A DNA stretch of 64,000 bases, taken from contig CBFFSA010000012.1 in assembly GCA_965644495.1 (NCBI GenBank), positions 124,001 to 188,000 on the forward strand, in the 5' to 3' direction. Under the pieces are notes generated by a model, which was given only the letters and a program-made list of their open reading frames with translations, did no database searches and was not told the origin of the DNA. Both the position numbers and the translations under genes were made by a program. Positions within the stretch are counted from its first letter, which is position 1, and each line of letters opens with the position of its first letter. Shown here piece after piece: positions 23,393 to 35,300 of the stretch. Origin of the DNA: Perkinsela sp. CCAP 1560/9. Its lineage: Eukaryota; Protista; Euglenozoa: Kinetoplastea.

Positions 23393-24682
23393 ATGTTCCA
23401 CCCCAACCCCACCCTGTACTCCCGCGTGGCCGTCCTCGGACACCGTGGTCCTCTCCTCGACACCCTCTGCCTTCACTTCAAATCCCACGCCCTCCTCACC
23501 AACCTCCACCTCCCCCCCGCCTGCGAGTCCCTCTGTGTGGACCTCGGCCACCTCCCCACCCACTGTGAGGTGCGTCCCTTCCCCCCCTCCCCCCGTCCCC
23601 TGGACTCCATCCGCGCGGTGGTCTGCTGTGTCGACCCCAGCCCAGACCAGCAGCAGGAGAAAGAGGCCAAATTTCGTACCCACCTTCACTGGTACCTCAA
23701 CGCGGCTATGGGGTTTACGAACACCCCCTCCGCGCTACCTCCACTGTTTATCCTCTCCCAGGATGTGAATTACCACACCGCGGTGGCTACAGCGCTGCTG
23801 AAGTCTCACCTCTCGGGTAAAGCCCTGTTTAACCCGCGAAAGCTCATCGGGGTCCCCACGCTTGCGGTCTACAAGGCACGCACGCTGCTCGCCGCGGCCT
23901 GTCGCCGTGACCCGTTTGATATTGACCTCAGCGTGGTGGTGGGGGGGACAGTGCGCAGTGGGGTGCCGCTGTTGCAACCGTTCGGGAACCATTTCGGGAT
24001 GCCCGACTCGTGGCTGCACTGTGTGGCCCGGGATGTGGGGAGTGTGGTGGGAAAAGGCAAAAGGGGGGAGGAAAATGCAAAGGGAAGGTCCGGGGAGGGG
24101 GGAAGACATGACGTGGCAAGCGCGGAAAAGGGGGAAGGGAGAGGGGCAAATCCAGAGAATGGGGAAGATGGACAGGATAGCGAGCAGGAAGGGGATTTGG
24201 AACTTCCCTATGCTTTGGCGTTCTCCGGTTTTGAGTTGGTTGTGTCCTATTTGAAAGCTTTACGAGGAGATCAAGCCATATCGGAGTGTCTGCTACTGGA
24301 GCAAAGTGAGCCTGTGGCGATCGAGATGGAGAATACGAACAAGAGTAATAAGGCTTGGAGTGTAGACGATGCACCTTACAGTGAGGAAGCTTTGCACAAA
24401 GCAAGGAGTGTATTGGCATCGCTGCCGCTACTATGTCGGCGTGTGGCGCTAACCACAACAGGGATAGGGTGTGATGTTCCAATCACTTCACCGTCCGCGT
24501 TCGAGATGGATCAAATGGTGAGCAAGGCAGCGATTCTTCGACAGGATCTTCGCCGCGCCGGATGGGACGTGGCGGAACCGGAGGAAACGACAAGCACAAT
24601 ATGCGAAGCAGGTGAGATAGGCAAATCAAAGGAAACTAGCACGACGAAACAGGTTGAGTCTTTAGAACGAGGTGACAAATAG
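23393..24682 (+). CDS. Malate dehydrogenase-like protein, probably inactive
   Basis: RVAVLG, DLGHLPT and FNPRKLIGVPTLAVYKARTLLA..DP..VVVGG align by eye to mitochondrial MDH; first plausible ATG after a pyrimidine tract. Confidence 0.7.
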   Translation: MFHPNPTLYSRVAVLGHRGPLLDTLCLHFKSHALLTNLHLPPACESLCVDLGHLPTHCEVRPFPPSPRPLDSIRAVVCCVDPSPDQQQEKEAKFRTHLHWYLNAAMGFTNTPSALPPLFILSQDVNYHTAVATALLKSHLSGKALFNPRKLIGVPTLAVYKARTLLAAACRRDPFDIDLSVVVGGTVRSGVPLLQPFGNHFGMPDSWLHCVARDVGSVVGKGKRGEENAKGRSGEGGRHDVASAEKGEGRGANPENGEDGQDSEQEGDLELPYALAFSGFELVVSYLKALRGDQAISECLLLEQSEPVAIEMENTNKSNKAWSVDDAPYSEEALHKARSVLASLPLLCRRVALTTTGIGCDVPITSPSAFEMDQMVSKAAILRQDLRRAGWDVAEPEETTSTICEAGEIGKSKETSTTKQVESLERGDK

Positions 24683-25788
24683 TTGAGTTCTCTGGGACGG
24701 TGATACGCGTCGTAGGCAAGGAGTACATACAATTTTTTTCAAAACGCAATTCTGGTGTAAATGGCAAAAAAATCTTTACTGTGACCCGTAAGGAATGTAA
24801 ACACCCCCTACATACATGCGAAGTGTACATGCGAATGTGCCGCGGGGTACCCCCCACTTACACTGTATAGTGCCGTTTTTCCGGATTTTTGAGTTCAGCT
24901 TTATTGGGGTGTAGGCTGAAACTTGGGAAAATATGCATGTGTCGCGTGATTTTCGAGTAGCATCTTCATTGGCCTAGATTTTTCTATGAATCGTCACAAA
25001 AACTACGTTTTACCACTTACTTTTCTTAGTAGGTAGGCGTCTAGTCCTACCCTAGTCTTAGCAGGTAGAACTTCCTAGAAAAGTTTACAGTGTACATGAA
25101 CTTCAGAGGGGTGAATCTTCGCACCCTTTGTACTTCCGTTTTCAGTCCAGACGATGAGTCAGCACCCCAGTCCAGACAATGAATCAGTAATAGTCTATTA
25201 CTGGGGGGTGTACGGTACCATCGCATCAGCGTGTGCGCGTGATGGTCCTCGTCCAAAGCATGCCTCGACCCAAAACATACCCCTATTATAGAGGTATGCT
25301 TTGGGTCAATATGACCTAACCTCTATTACAACTAATATTAGTATTTTGACTACTGAAGAATTGGGATATTTTTATCTTGCGTTTTTCCGAAAAACGTTTT
25401 CGCCCAAATTGTTTTGCATTGTAGCGCACTGCATGTGTAATTTCTAATCAGTCATCGGGATCTCTTCTTCGCCTTGAAGTCAGTAAAGAATGAAACTTGA
25501 AGACATTGAGGAAACAGAAGAGTCTGGTTTTGATACCCCGTCGAATACATTCCAAAAGGACCTAACTTTAAGCGTGCTGCAACGCTTTTTGAGGTAAATT
25601 AAGCGGAAGGAGCAAGCGAGGTAAAGGGTTTAAAGTAACCCTCCGCAATAAAACATTTCAGTGTATTTGCATTATTATTTTGAAAGTGAGTAGTACGTGG
25701 TCTGTACCCGAAGAAATTAATAGGCCTATACAGTATGTGAGAGGTCTCACATTTACTTCACAATTTATCACAATTCATCTTCTGATAA

Positions 25789-26595
25789 ATGTCGATTATA
25801 ATGGTTCGGCCTGCTGATGATTCAACTCAATCACAGGTAAGTATTTCGAACCATGCGCGTCCTTCTAAAGTCAGGGGTGCTATGCTACCACAAGAGTACG
25901 AGCTAGTCCGACTATTCGCAGATGTGAAGAAGCCACATTACTCCTGGAATGCCAATATACCTGCGTGTGAGTGGTACGGAATTAAATGGGAGAATCGATA
26001 CACCACACAAGCTTACAAAATCAATTTGAAATGGTTTCGTGTTGGGGGTGAACTCCATTTGACCTATCTACCCTACACTGTCACATATTTCTATGGGGCC
26101 ACTAATGATTTCACTGGTACAGTATGTCTAGATTCACTCCCATCTTCGCTTGAATACCTGAATCTTGCCACAAATCACTTCACAGGGCCAGTAAATTTGA
26201 CATCCTTACCACAAAGTCTTCTTTATCTTTTCCTTGAAGAGAACAATTTTTCAGGGGATATTTGCCTTAATCAATTGCCAAGGCGAATCAGTCACATCTG
26301 TCTCAACAATAATACTCTGACGGGCAAGCTGGAATTGCAGCATTTACCACCTACGCTGCACTATCTTGGTCTTTCGGCGAATTTATTTCGCGGATATTTA
26401 AATTTCGACTCTCTTCATGGAATTCTGAGTCTCTATCTGGACAACAACGAAGCACTTCACGGAGAACTACGCAAAGAAGACCTCCCGTGGGGTGCGTATC
26501 TTTCGGTGAGGGGTACTGGTATCACACTGCACCGGCGGAAAAAGCACGTTTCTCCATCGAAAAGAAAAGTGCATTTTCCCTGCATGAAACTTTGA
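25789..26595 (+). CDS. Leucine-rich repeat protein
   Basis: RPSKVRGAMLPQEYELVRL leader, PACEWYG cap, LRRs; intact paralog of the interrupted copy at 37816-39753. Confidence 0.85.
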   Translation: MSIIMVRPADDSTQSQVSISNHARPSKVRGAMLPQEYELVRLFADVKKPHYSWNANIPACEWYGIKWENRYTTQAYKINLKWFRVGGELHLTYLPYTVTYFYGATNDFTGTVCLDSLPSSLEYLNLATNHFTGPVNLTSLPQSLLYLFLEENNFSGDICLNQLPRRISHICLNNNTLTGKLELQHLPPTLHYLGLSANLFRGYLNFDSLHGILSLYLDNNEALHGELRKEDLPWGAYLSVRGTGITLHRRKKHVSPSKRKVHFPCMKL

Positions 26596-26862
26596 CTGAT
26601 TTATATGATTTGTTGCATTGAGTTACCGGTGTGATGCACGGGGATGACCTACCCCTCCCCCATATTGTCTCTTGAATACCCGTCCCGCAATTAACCCGTC
26701 CGGTAATAACATCAGGCACTGTACTCCTAAAACTAGGCTCACCGTGTAATCCTACGCCATTTCGTGCCTAGAAAGTAAAAAGTGTAAAAAGACATGTAAA
26801 TTTATACATACCGGAATAGTTGCCGATAGTTTAACTAGTATTTATCTATTCAACTAGTATTT

Positions 26863-27566
26863 ATTGCGGTGGTTGTATAACTACCGCTCTACCCTCGATT
26901 ATTGAAAAAAAAGTGAACAAAAACAGTGAAAATATAAAGAGGAACACAGTAATAAAATACAAAATATAATAGAAAAAAATATAGAAGGGGGCCCCGGTGG
27001 TCCAAAACTGAAAAAAAATATTCAAAAAAATGGGGGGTCCATGGGGGGGGGCATACGTCGCGAAATTTTTTTCGAATTTTTTGCTTTTCGAAATCGAGCG
27101 TAGGGAAGTGGTAGAGTATACCGCGGCGATAATTTTCCACCCCCCCTGGGGGTACCCCCTGGTACGCGCGGGAGGGGTCCGACAAGGTCGACAAGGACAA
27201 AAAAAATCCGAAATTTTTGGGGTGACCAAAAAAAAAAATTTTAGTCCCAAAAAAAAGTAAAAATCTTACTTTTCCAAAATCGACTCCTAAAACGTGTTTT
27301 AGGAGTTTGGGACGTTTTTTGCGTCAGATTCGCCTCCTACCCCTACTGGTAAGGCATCCAAAACGGCCCAAATTCGGGTTAAAATTTCATATTTTTTGCC
27401 GAAAAATCGAGGTTTTTACCCCAAAAAAATAGATTATGCATGATCTTTTCGCGATTTTTCTTTTTTAGGTTCTTTGTTAAACGCGGCGGTAGTTTTCAAC
27501 GCGAAGCGCGCAGCATGAGTGACTTCTAAGTTGAAAACAACCACCGCGTTTAACGAAGAGCCTAAA
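26863..27566. mobile_element. Hairpin-ended element, second subfamily, both ends present
   Basis: Same termini as 852-1760 with a different middle; inserted in a local AACTAGTATTTATCTATT repeat with no TSD. Confidence 0.75.
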
Positions 27567-29210
27567 TCTATTTAACTAGTGTTTACCTTACTAAGTAAGG
27601 TACAGGGGCGGTTGTTGATCTTCCCCCCTCCTGGGAAATTTTAATTTTTTTATCCGTTTTCGCTTATCTTTGCAGCATTGAAGAGATCTCGTTCCCCTAG
27701 CGAAGCGCTTTGTCGCCTTTTTTTCATAGAGACCCCCTGATGCCCCCTGGGTCGAAAAAACACAGTTTTTTTGGGGAATTTTTTGTGCACACAACCATTT
27801 TTCTCCATACTTTCATGTTTTTGTGGTTTATTTGAATGTGTGCAAGTTTAAATAGTCTTCTAATTTCTTTATGCTCAAGCAATATTTCTGTAGAAACATC
27901 AGTAGCTGCTTAATAGAATTTTTCAAACCTCAACAACACGAATAGAAGACCGACTAACCCTACAAGTTAAGTTACTAATGTAACTGATTCATACGATACT
28001 GTATTACTATTTCGAGTTTGCATACTATTTCGTTAGTTTGTATGCTATTTCGAGTCATGGTAAGGAGTTTTTACTAGTCCTCATCTATTTCCGGTGTGTC
28101 TCGGTCAGAAGGAGTGGTCCGCATGGATTGATGCCCCCGCCGCCTTGACTGACATTCTCGAAGGACCGGCGAGAAGTTCCGTGTTGAGGGAGTGGTGCAA
28201 GGGTACCGTGAGATTTCTTCAGGATGGGCGCGGGATGTCCCGCCTGCTGGTCAGGCCTGCCAGCGGACTTTTCGTCCATAGGGAAAGCCTCAGAATCGAA
28301 AATTCTACGTTAGGTGGAGGCCCACGAACTCTTTCCGCAAGCTGTGCGGTATGGGAAGGAAAAGTATCACCCGAAGAACGAGGACGTTTTGTGTGCACGT
28401 GAGGAGTATAATTGGTTTTGCCCTGCCTGGGGATACGTCGAATGCCGTACACGACACACAGATCATCTTTCTTTCGCGGGCACCAACGTAGAGGCATCAA
28501 AGAAACTATGCAAATGATTTTTTAAGGCTTCATGATTGGGGGATCTGTTAAGACAATTGTTCGTGGAACGTTAATATCCCGTAAGTGCATTCTGCACATC
28601 GATGTAGAGCTTCTGTAATCTTAGCTATAATATCTTCAACTTCTGAATTTCCACATAACTGGTCTCCTCCAATAGTAATTTTGGGCTCAGAACTTTTGGA
28701 GTGTACACATGATGCCCTGAGCACAAGGAATAGCGGGTCAAAAGGGCATATTTTTGTACCAAATAGTTTGTTCAATGAAATTTCTCCCCGACGAGTAGAA
28801 AAAAGTTCTTAAACTAACAAAACGTTTTTACCCTTCCTCATTAATATTGTACAGAAATATTACAAATGCTTGCATTGCGGGATTGTAATCACCTTTCACC
28901 TTCGCATGACGCTGAAGAGTTTTTAAAAATTCTAGGAAGGAATGTTCATTCCGTAAGTCAATGGGAAGATTTTACTCACTCAAATATATCACACCCCTCG
29001 CGGTAGAAGCTCATATTGTTGCACGAAATGTAATTTTAAAGGTGGTGCTAGCTTTCTTTTTATAACGGTCCCTTTGTAATGGAGGACTAATAAATTATTT
29101 AAATTTATTCAAATATTACAAGAATCGTTTTCAGTCAGTCGGAAGAGTTGGTACAAAAATATGCCCTTTTCACCGAATAGCGGTTCGTCATTGGGGCAAA
29201 TATAGTCTAA

Positions 29211-29808
29211 TAGGCTCTTCGTTAAGCACGGTGGTTGTTTTCAACTTAGAAGTCACTCATGCTGCGCGCTTCGCGTTGAGAACTACCACCGCGTTTAACG
29301 AAGAGCCTAAAAAGGAAAATTTGGCCTGGAAAACTGAAGAAAACGGAAAGATTATAGCCAAAAATAGCCGATTTTCGGGTAAAAATGGGGTCAATTTTAA
29401 CTATTTTTGATCTCAGAGCACTAAATCCGACGATTTGCGTGTGGGAAATCACTCGTAGGCATGAATGAAAGCCTACCGAACGTATTGGGTAGAGAATACG
29501 ACTCCAACCATACCATTCTTTCAACACAAAAAGGCCCCTTGGGGTCCGAAAAATACTTTTTCACCTTTTTTAGTCAAAAATGGGCCATTTTCGCGGGCAT
29601 ACCACGGCTCGAAGAAGAGATAGCCTGCGAAACCAACTACGCAGAAAGCTAGTATAAGTCCCAAACTATAAAAATACAATAGGGGAAATTTTGGAAAAAT
29701 ATTTTTTTTCGCCAAGTTGAATTTTTTTTTATAATTTTTTTTCCGAAAAAATCCGAACTTGGCGGAACCGTCCTGCACCGCGGAACTGTCCTTTACAACC
29801 ACCGCAAT
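29211..29808. mobile_element. Hairpin-ended element, internally deleted inverted copy
   Basis: Large hairpin at ~29211-29309; ends TTTACAACCACCGCAAT. Confidence 0.75.
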
Positions 29809-30065
29809 AAATATTGAGCTGAAGCCACTAGATCACTTGCTGTATATTCAATAGCCACATCCTTAAGTTTCTATGCAGAAGTTCCTTTAGATATGCCAAT
29901 TTGTTCCCTTATATTCCCATCATTATTATACATAAGATGATTGACCCTGATTCTATAGGTCTAAACTCACTAGGGTCTAACAATGTAGATCGTACAGACC
30001 CTTTCTAGGGTCTCTCGACTAGCACACTCTCTCGACTAGCACATTGACATGCAAACATCGACATA

Positions 30066-31180
30066 CAGTCAGCAAAAAAACCGTTCGAATGTTTCGGTTT
30101 TTTTTCTTTTGTATAGAGCTATTGATAAAATATCACCGTTGCGCTGGTAATGTGTGCTAGTAGTGTAGGCATGAGTGTCACCTAATAGTACCCGTAGATA
30201 GTTCACCTCAGTTCGTTCTACCAAAGAAATAAAAATGAATATAAAAAAGTCTAGCATTCGAAAGTTTCTTTTGCTACCTATTATAGAGAAAATCTTGTCC
30301 CAAGAAATAGATGAAACGTAATCGCCCAAGAGAGATTATGCCCGTAAAATTAATATTTAGTATTCCCCCCACGAGCCTTCAGCACTGCCTTCATACGGGC
30401 AGGTATACTGTCCACCTGGGCACGACATACTGAGGGTGGTATGTTCGCCCATTCCATTTTTACCCTCTCCCACAGCTCTCGGACCCCGCTTGGTGGATCA
30501 TCGTGCGCTGCAAGGCGCCGCTTGAGTTCCCCCCAAACGTTTTCGATTGGATTTAAGTCAGGGGACTGCGGGGGCCACCGCATGACTTCAAACCCGGTAC
30601 CCCGGAGGTGCCGTTGCGCACAATGGCTTGTGTGCTTGGGGTCATTATCTTGTTGGAAGATGACTATTGGGGGGTCTAGACCCATAGTTTCGATGGAGGG
30701 GGCAAGATTCTCTTCAAGAATCTCGACGTACTGTGTGGCGTTCAGGTTCCCTTGAACTAGACGCACATGCCCCACACCGCTTCGGGACATGCACGCCCAA
30801 ATCATGATGTGCCCCCCTCCGTACTTTACCGTGGGAATTACCCCTCTTTCACCCAGTTCCTCCCCCGGGGTCCCCCATGTCCAAAGACTTCCCCCCGTTT
30901 CAAAGCGCGAGATCTTCGTCTCGTCCGACCATACAACTGGAGCCCAGTCGTGCACTGTCCAGTGCTCATGGGCCGTGGCAAAGTCCATCCGAAGCTTGCG
31001 ATGGCGCTTGGACAGGTAGGGCTTGCGGACACCCTTTCTACCTTTGTGTCCGAAGCGGTGCATCGAAACTCGGATAGACTGAGGAACAACATCAGCAACG
31101 CCCTCGCGGCGCAGCTGAGATGATACCTCTGCAGCTGAGATGATACGCGGCTGGCAAATGATTTGCACTCGCCGTCGGGA
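30066..31180 (-). mobile_element. 5'-truncated Tc1-like element
   Basis: TA|CAGTCAGCAAAA terminus at 30064-30077, repeated at 37588; DD34E ORF; second TIR not found. Confidence 0.7.
30350..31168 (-). CDS. Tc1-family transposase (DD34E), N-terminal HTH missing
   Basis: VVWSDETK, FQQDNDPKHTS, WPPQSPDLNPIENVW; 34 residues between D and E. Confidence 0.85.
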   Translation of the reverse strand: MQIICQPRIISAAEVSSQLRREGVADVVPQSIRVSMHRFGHKGRKGVRKPYLSKRHRKLRMDFATAHEHWTVHDWAPVVWSDETKISRFETGGSLWTWGTPGEELGERGVIPTVKYGGGHIMIWACMSRSGVGHVRLVQGNLNATQYVEILEENLAPSIETMGLDPPIVIFQQDNDPKHTSHCAQRHLRGTGFEVMRWPPQSPDLNPIENVWGELKRRLAAHDDPPSGVRELWERVKMEWANIPPSVCRAQVDSIPARMKAVLKARGGNTKY

Positions 31181-31757
31181 TCAACTGAATTAAAGCCGTG
31201 TTGTGACCTAACAACTGCTCGTAATTCAGTTCCGGCTTCGCCGATGAAACCGTCGCGCACATGTTCTGCTCCAAGCCACCCACCACGATACGTGATGAGG
31301 TCAAGGATTAACTTTGCAACCCCTTCCTCGCGAAGCGTCACCCCGCATACAACGTAGTCGTCGTAGAATGCTACGGCACTCAAACAACGATTTACCACAC
31401 GGTCGATAGCACTGGGATCGCCTTGTGCAAGCACGAGTCGGCCACGAATAATTCGATACTGCTTTAGAGGTTTGTCTATTGCAGCTTTCCACTTCGCTAC
31501 GTACCCCTCCAGGACGCTCAATTTTTCAGAACCTTGATCCTGAAAGCCTGAAGTTTGAACGGCGACGTCAGGCATAGGAAGGGTGTAAGCGGGGTGAAAA
31601 AAATAGTAAACCCGAAGACTTAATGTAAGAATGATAAAAAATGATTCAGTATGAGTCACTAGAATAAATGGAAACAATATTTCAGGTAGCCATATTATTG
31701 TATTAACTTCCATTACTTTCTTAACTTTCCTTCTTAACTACTTTACAGTACTTTCTC

Positions 31758-32825
31758 CTACTTAACTTCTTCTAGTGTACCTTCTGCTTCTTTCTTTATA
31801 ACGTTTCTTGGTCCTTTCTTTGATCTCTTCGTTTTAAGAAAAGGGAACTCTGCCAGGGCTTCCATGTATTGCATTCGAATATTTTCACGATTTTCTTTGT
31901 CAGTTCGGGAAGGGACCTCAAAACGGCAATTACATGTGCGACCCATGGGCCGAACAAAGGCTCGATTTCTGTCATCGTTGGACCAGAATTGTACGGTCCC
32001 AGGGTCCACCAATATTTTTTCCTCAATGGCGAAGAGAAGACACTCAGCATTCCACATAAGTCTAAATAGTTTCGCGACTACGGCATGAGTTCGCGCACAA
32101 AAGTGCATAAACTGATACCTATCAATGTACGCGTTGAAGCGCTCCACAGTTCCGCGCAGGCATGCGAAATATTGATTTAACTTTGCTTCCTGGGTGGGGA
32201 GCGCTGGTTGTTTGTGCGCACGTTTGTACGGGAATATCGTGTGTGAATTAGCGATATACGCTAAATCTGCGGCAATCAAATCGTGATCGCTGTGTGGCAT
32301 TGGTTCTTTAGTGACCCACGCATGGCTTGGGAGTAATGATGGAACAAAACTCTTAGAATCATGCTGTGCGCCAATAGACGGACCTTGGTACCATATAGGT
32401 TGTCCTGCTACATTGAGATACAACTGCATTTGAAGGATTTTTGCATGATGTTTCCCACTGTAAGTGTCCTTATCTCCTCGTACATATATTGGCGTGCCGT
32501 CCACAATCGTAGTAACACGAGTAAACTGACGGTGCTGATACATGAGGCGACGTTCAGGCTGACTAAAATTTTCCTTGAAACACTGATCAAGGGCCTTATG
32601 CATGTGACGACGAGAAGAAGTGTCAGGTTGCACATTACCGAACCATAATCGCATTATATATCTTATCTGATCATCAGTGCAATTCATGTGCATTGCGATC
32701 AATGCTGCGATAACCCCGTATGTATCCACCAACCCAATCTTGTTCATGAGATAGATAATAAGGGTGGAGGTAAAGTCAGTGAATGCCAAGCATTTATCGT
32801 CAGTGCCAATTGGAAAAGTTTCCAT
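31758..32825 (-). CDS. PIF/Harbinger (ISL2EU-like, DDE_Tnp_4) transposase
   Basis: IVDGTPI, YSGKHH, GAQHDS, AADLAY, NQYFACLRGTVERFN motifs. Confidence 0.8.
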   Translation of the reverse strand: METFPIGTDDKCLAFTDFTSTLIIYLMNKIGLVDTYGVIAALIAMHMNCTDDQIRYIMRLWFGNVQPDTSSRRHMHKALDQCFKENFSQPERRLMYQHRQFTRVTTIVDGTPIYVRGDKDTYSGKHHAKILQMQLYLNVAGQPIWYQGPSIGAQHDSKSFVPSLLPSHAWVTKEPMPHSDHDLIAADLAYIANSHTIFPYKRAHKQPALPTQEAKLNQYFACLRGTVERFNAYIDRYQFMHFCARTHAVVAKLFRLMWNAECLLFAIEEKILVDPGTVQFWSNDDRNRAFVRPMGRTCNCRFEVPSRTDKENRENIRMQYMEALAEFPFLKTKRSKKGPRNVIKKEAEGTLEEVK

Positions 32826-32850
32826 GATGTAATAAATAGTAACTTGATAT

Positions 32851-33803
32851 TTTAGGCTCTTCGTTAAACGCGGTGGTTGTTTTCAACTTAGAAGTCACTC
32901 ATGCTGCGCGCTTCGCGTTGAAAACTACCGCCGCGTTTAACGAAGAGCCTAAAAAAGAAAATTTAGCCTGGAAAACGGAAAGATTATAGCCAAAAATAGC
33001 CGAATTTCGGGTAAAAATGGGGTGATTTTCGCGCATTTTTGCTCTCAGAGCACTAAATCCGACATTTGCGCGTGGGAAATCACTCGTAGGCATGAATGAA
33101 AGCCTACCGAACGTATTGGGTAGAGAATACGACTCCAACCATACCATTCTTTCAACACAAAAATGCCCCTTTAGGTCCGAAAAATACTTTTTCACCTTTT
33201 TTAGTCAAAATTGGTTCATTTTGAGGGGCGCACCACGGTTCGAAGAAGTGATACCTTGCGAAAACAACTGCGGAGAAAGCTAGTGTAGGTCCCAAACTAT
33301 CAAAATACAATAGGGGAAACGATTTTGGAAAAACATTTTTTTTCTTATTTTTTTCGCCAAGTTGAATTTTTTTTCAAAATGTTTTTTCCGAAAAAATCCG
33401 AACTTGGCGGACCCGTCCTGCGGATACGCGGGGGGGTCACCCCCGGTTAGGGGGGTGGAAAATGCGCGCCAAGACCCCGGCTACCCTTTCCGCGGTTTTT
33501 TTTCGAAATCTAATTTTTTCTAAAAAATTTGCTCGACCATGACCACCCCCCTGGACCCCCCCTGGACCCCCTCCCTGGACCCCCCCCTGGACCCCCCTCC
33601 TGGACCCCCCCCTGACCCCCCCCTGGAACCCCCCATGGACCCCCCATTTTTTTCAATTTTTTTTCAATTTTGGACCACCGGAGCCCCCTTTTATATTTTT
33701 TTCTTCTATTATATTACTGTGTTCCTCTTTATATTTTCACTGTTTTTGTTCACTTTGTTTTCAATAATCGAGGGTAGAGCGGTAGTTTTACAACCACCGC
33801 AAT
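32851..33803. mobile_element. Hairpin-ended element, full-length inverted copy
   Basis: Reverse complement of 852-1760, with a longer (CCCCCCTGGA)n tract. Confidence 0.8.
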
Positions 33804-34715
33804 TAAGTACAAGCTAGCCTGCTATTACCTATTAAATATTACACGCTATACATCAAAAACGGGGGGACAGTATATCAAAATGTAGTATACATGTACATGT
33901 AAACACTTTATACACTTTATACATATGCATTCAAAACTAATAGTAGTCGCTATATACAGAGTAGCCGCTAGTAACCACTGCCATATAACCGCCAGAGGAA
34001 AGAAAGCTTCTGACCAAAAAAGACCCAGCGGCGCGGGGCCGGTTCCGAAAATAAAGTACGCCTCCAAAGGACGAAACCCCTGCGATCGGCAGAATATGGC
34101 AGAATAGTGCCGCTTTGGCGGTGCCCCCCCTCTTAGTTGACGCATTCATTTTACTTCACATAGAGGAGAAAAAAACATAGAAAAATTAAAACTTATGAAA
34201 AGGGTATACGAATTGTTTTCGCTTTTTTTTTGCAAAAATCTGGTTTTCACGAGACTGTATACAACCGGTATGGGCACTGCGATCTGATTCAAAATATTTT
34301 TCCGGGGTTCTCTTCGTCCTGAAGCGCACAAATCCACTTTTATTTTCCTTCCGCGACTACTTTTTACCTGCTAGACTTTTGTCCCAATATCGATAATATG
34401 GGTCCGTACTATTGAGTGGGGTAAGGGTTTATAGTGTGAAATTGGATCTGAGAACAGAATTTTCGTAATCTGATTCAGTATTGTTCAATTCTAATCTCTT
34501 GACTGAACCAACTCTCACTCTTTCTTCTAATAATTTTTCAAAAGTTAAGTACCTTTGAGATAATGTAAGGTTCTCAAGATCATTAACGTCAGAAATAACA
34601 TACTTATGTTTATTCCTTGAGATATGAAGAACAAGTTCATCCAAATTAGTGTTTTTGGAGCTATTGTTTTTGGAGCTATTGTATCCACCCCTTTATAACC
34701 TTTAGCTTGAAATAA

Positions 34716-35216
34716 TCAAAAAAATGGGCGGTTCATGAGGGGGGGGCGTACGTCGTTTTTTGAAATTTTCAAAATCGAGCGCAGGGAAGTGGTAGAGTAT
34801 GCCGCCGCGATAATTTTCCACCCCCCCCCACCTGGGGGTGACCCCCCCTGGTACGCGCAGGAGGGGTCCGACAAGGTCAAAATTCTCGAAATTTTTGGGA
34901 TGACCCAAAAGAATTTTTTGACCAATAGAAAAATTAAAAATATTATTTTTCCAAAATTGATTCCTAAGTCGTATTTTGAGAGTTTGGGACCTCATCTACC
35001 ATTCTGTGACGATTGTTTCATCAGATGCGCTTCCTAACCCTACTGGTAAAGGAAAATCTAGCTATTTCACCCAACGAAACTAATTCTTCGTGATCTTTTG
35101 GCAATTTTTCTTTTTTATGCTCTTCGTTAAACGCGGTGGTCGTTTTCAACGCGAAGCGCGCATCATGAGTGACTTCTAAATTGAAAACAACCACCGCGTT
35201 TAACGAAGAGCCTAAA
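34716..35216. mobile_element. Hairpin-ended element, second subfamily, truncated
   Basis: Homologous to 27020-27566; large hairpin ends GAAGAGCCTAAA. Confidence 0.7.
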
Positions 35217-35300
35217 TGTGATGTCCAGCTTTACCTGTTTCACCATTCATCCGCAAGCAGCACAATCCTTTTGTATTTTACACATTTTACTCCCCACCCT

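Noticed and set aside
28094-28517. GC-richer ORF fragments
   Set aside because: Possibly a decayed coding relic, but no motif recognised.
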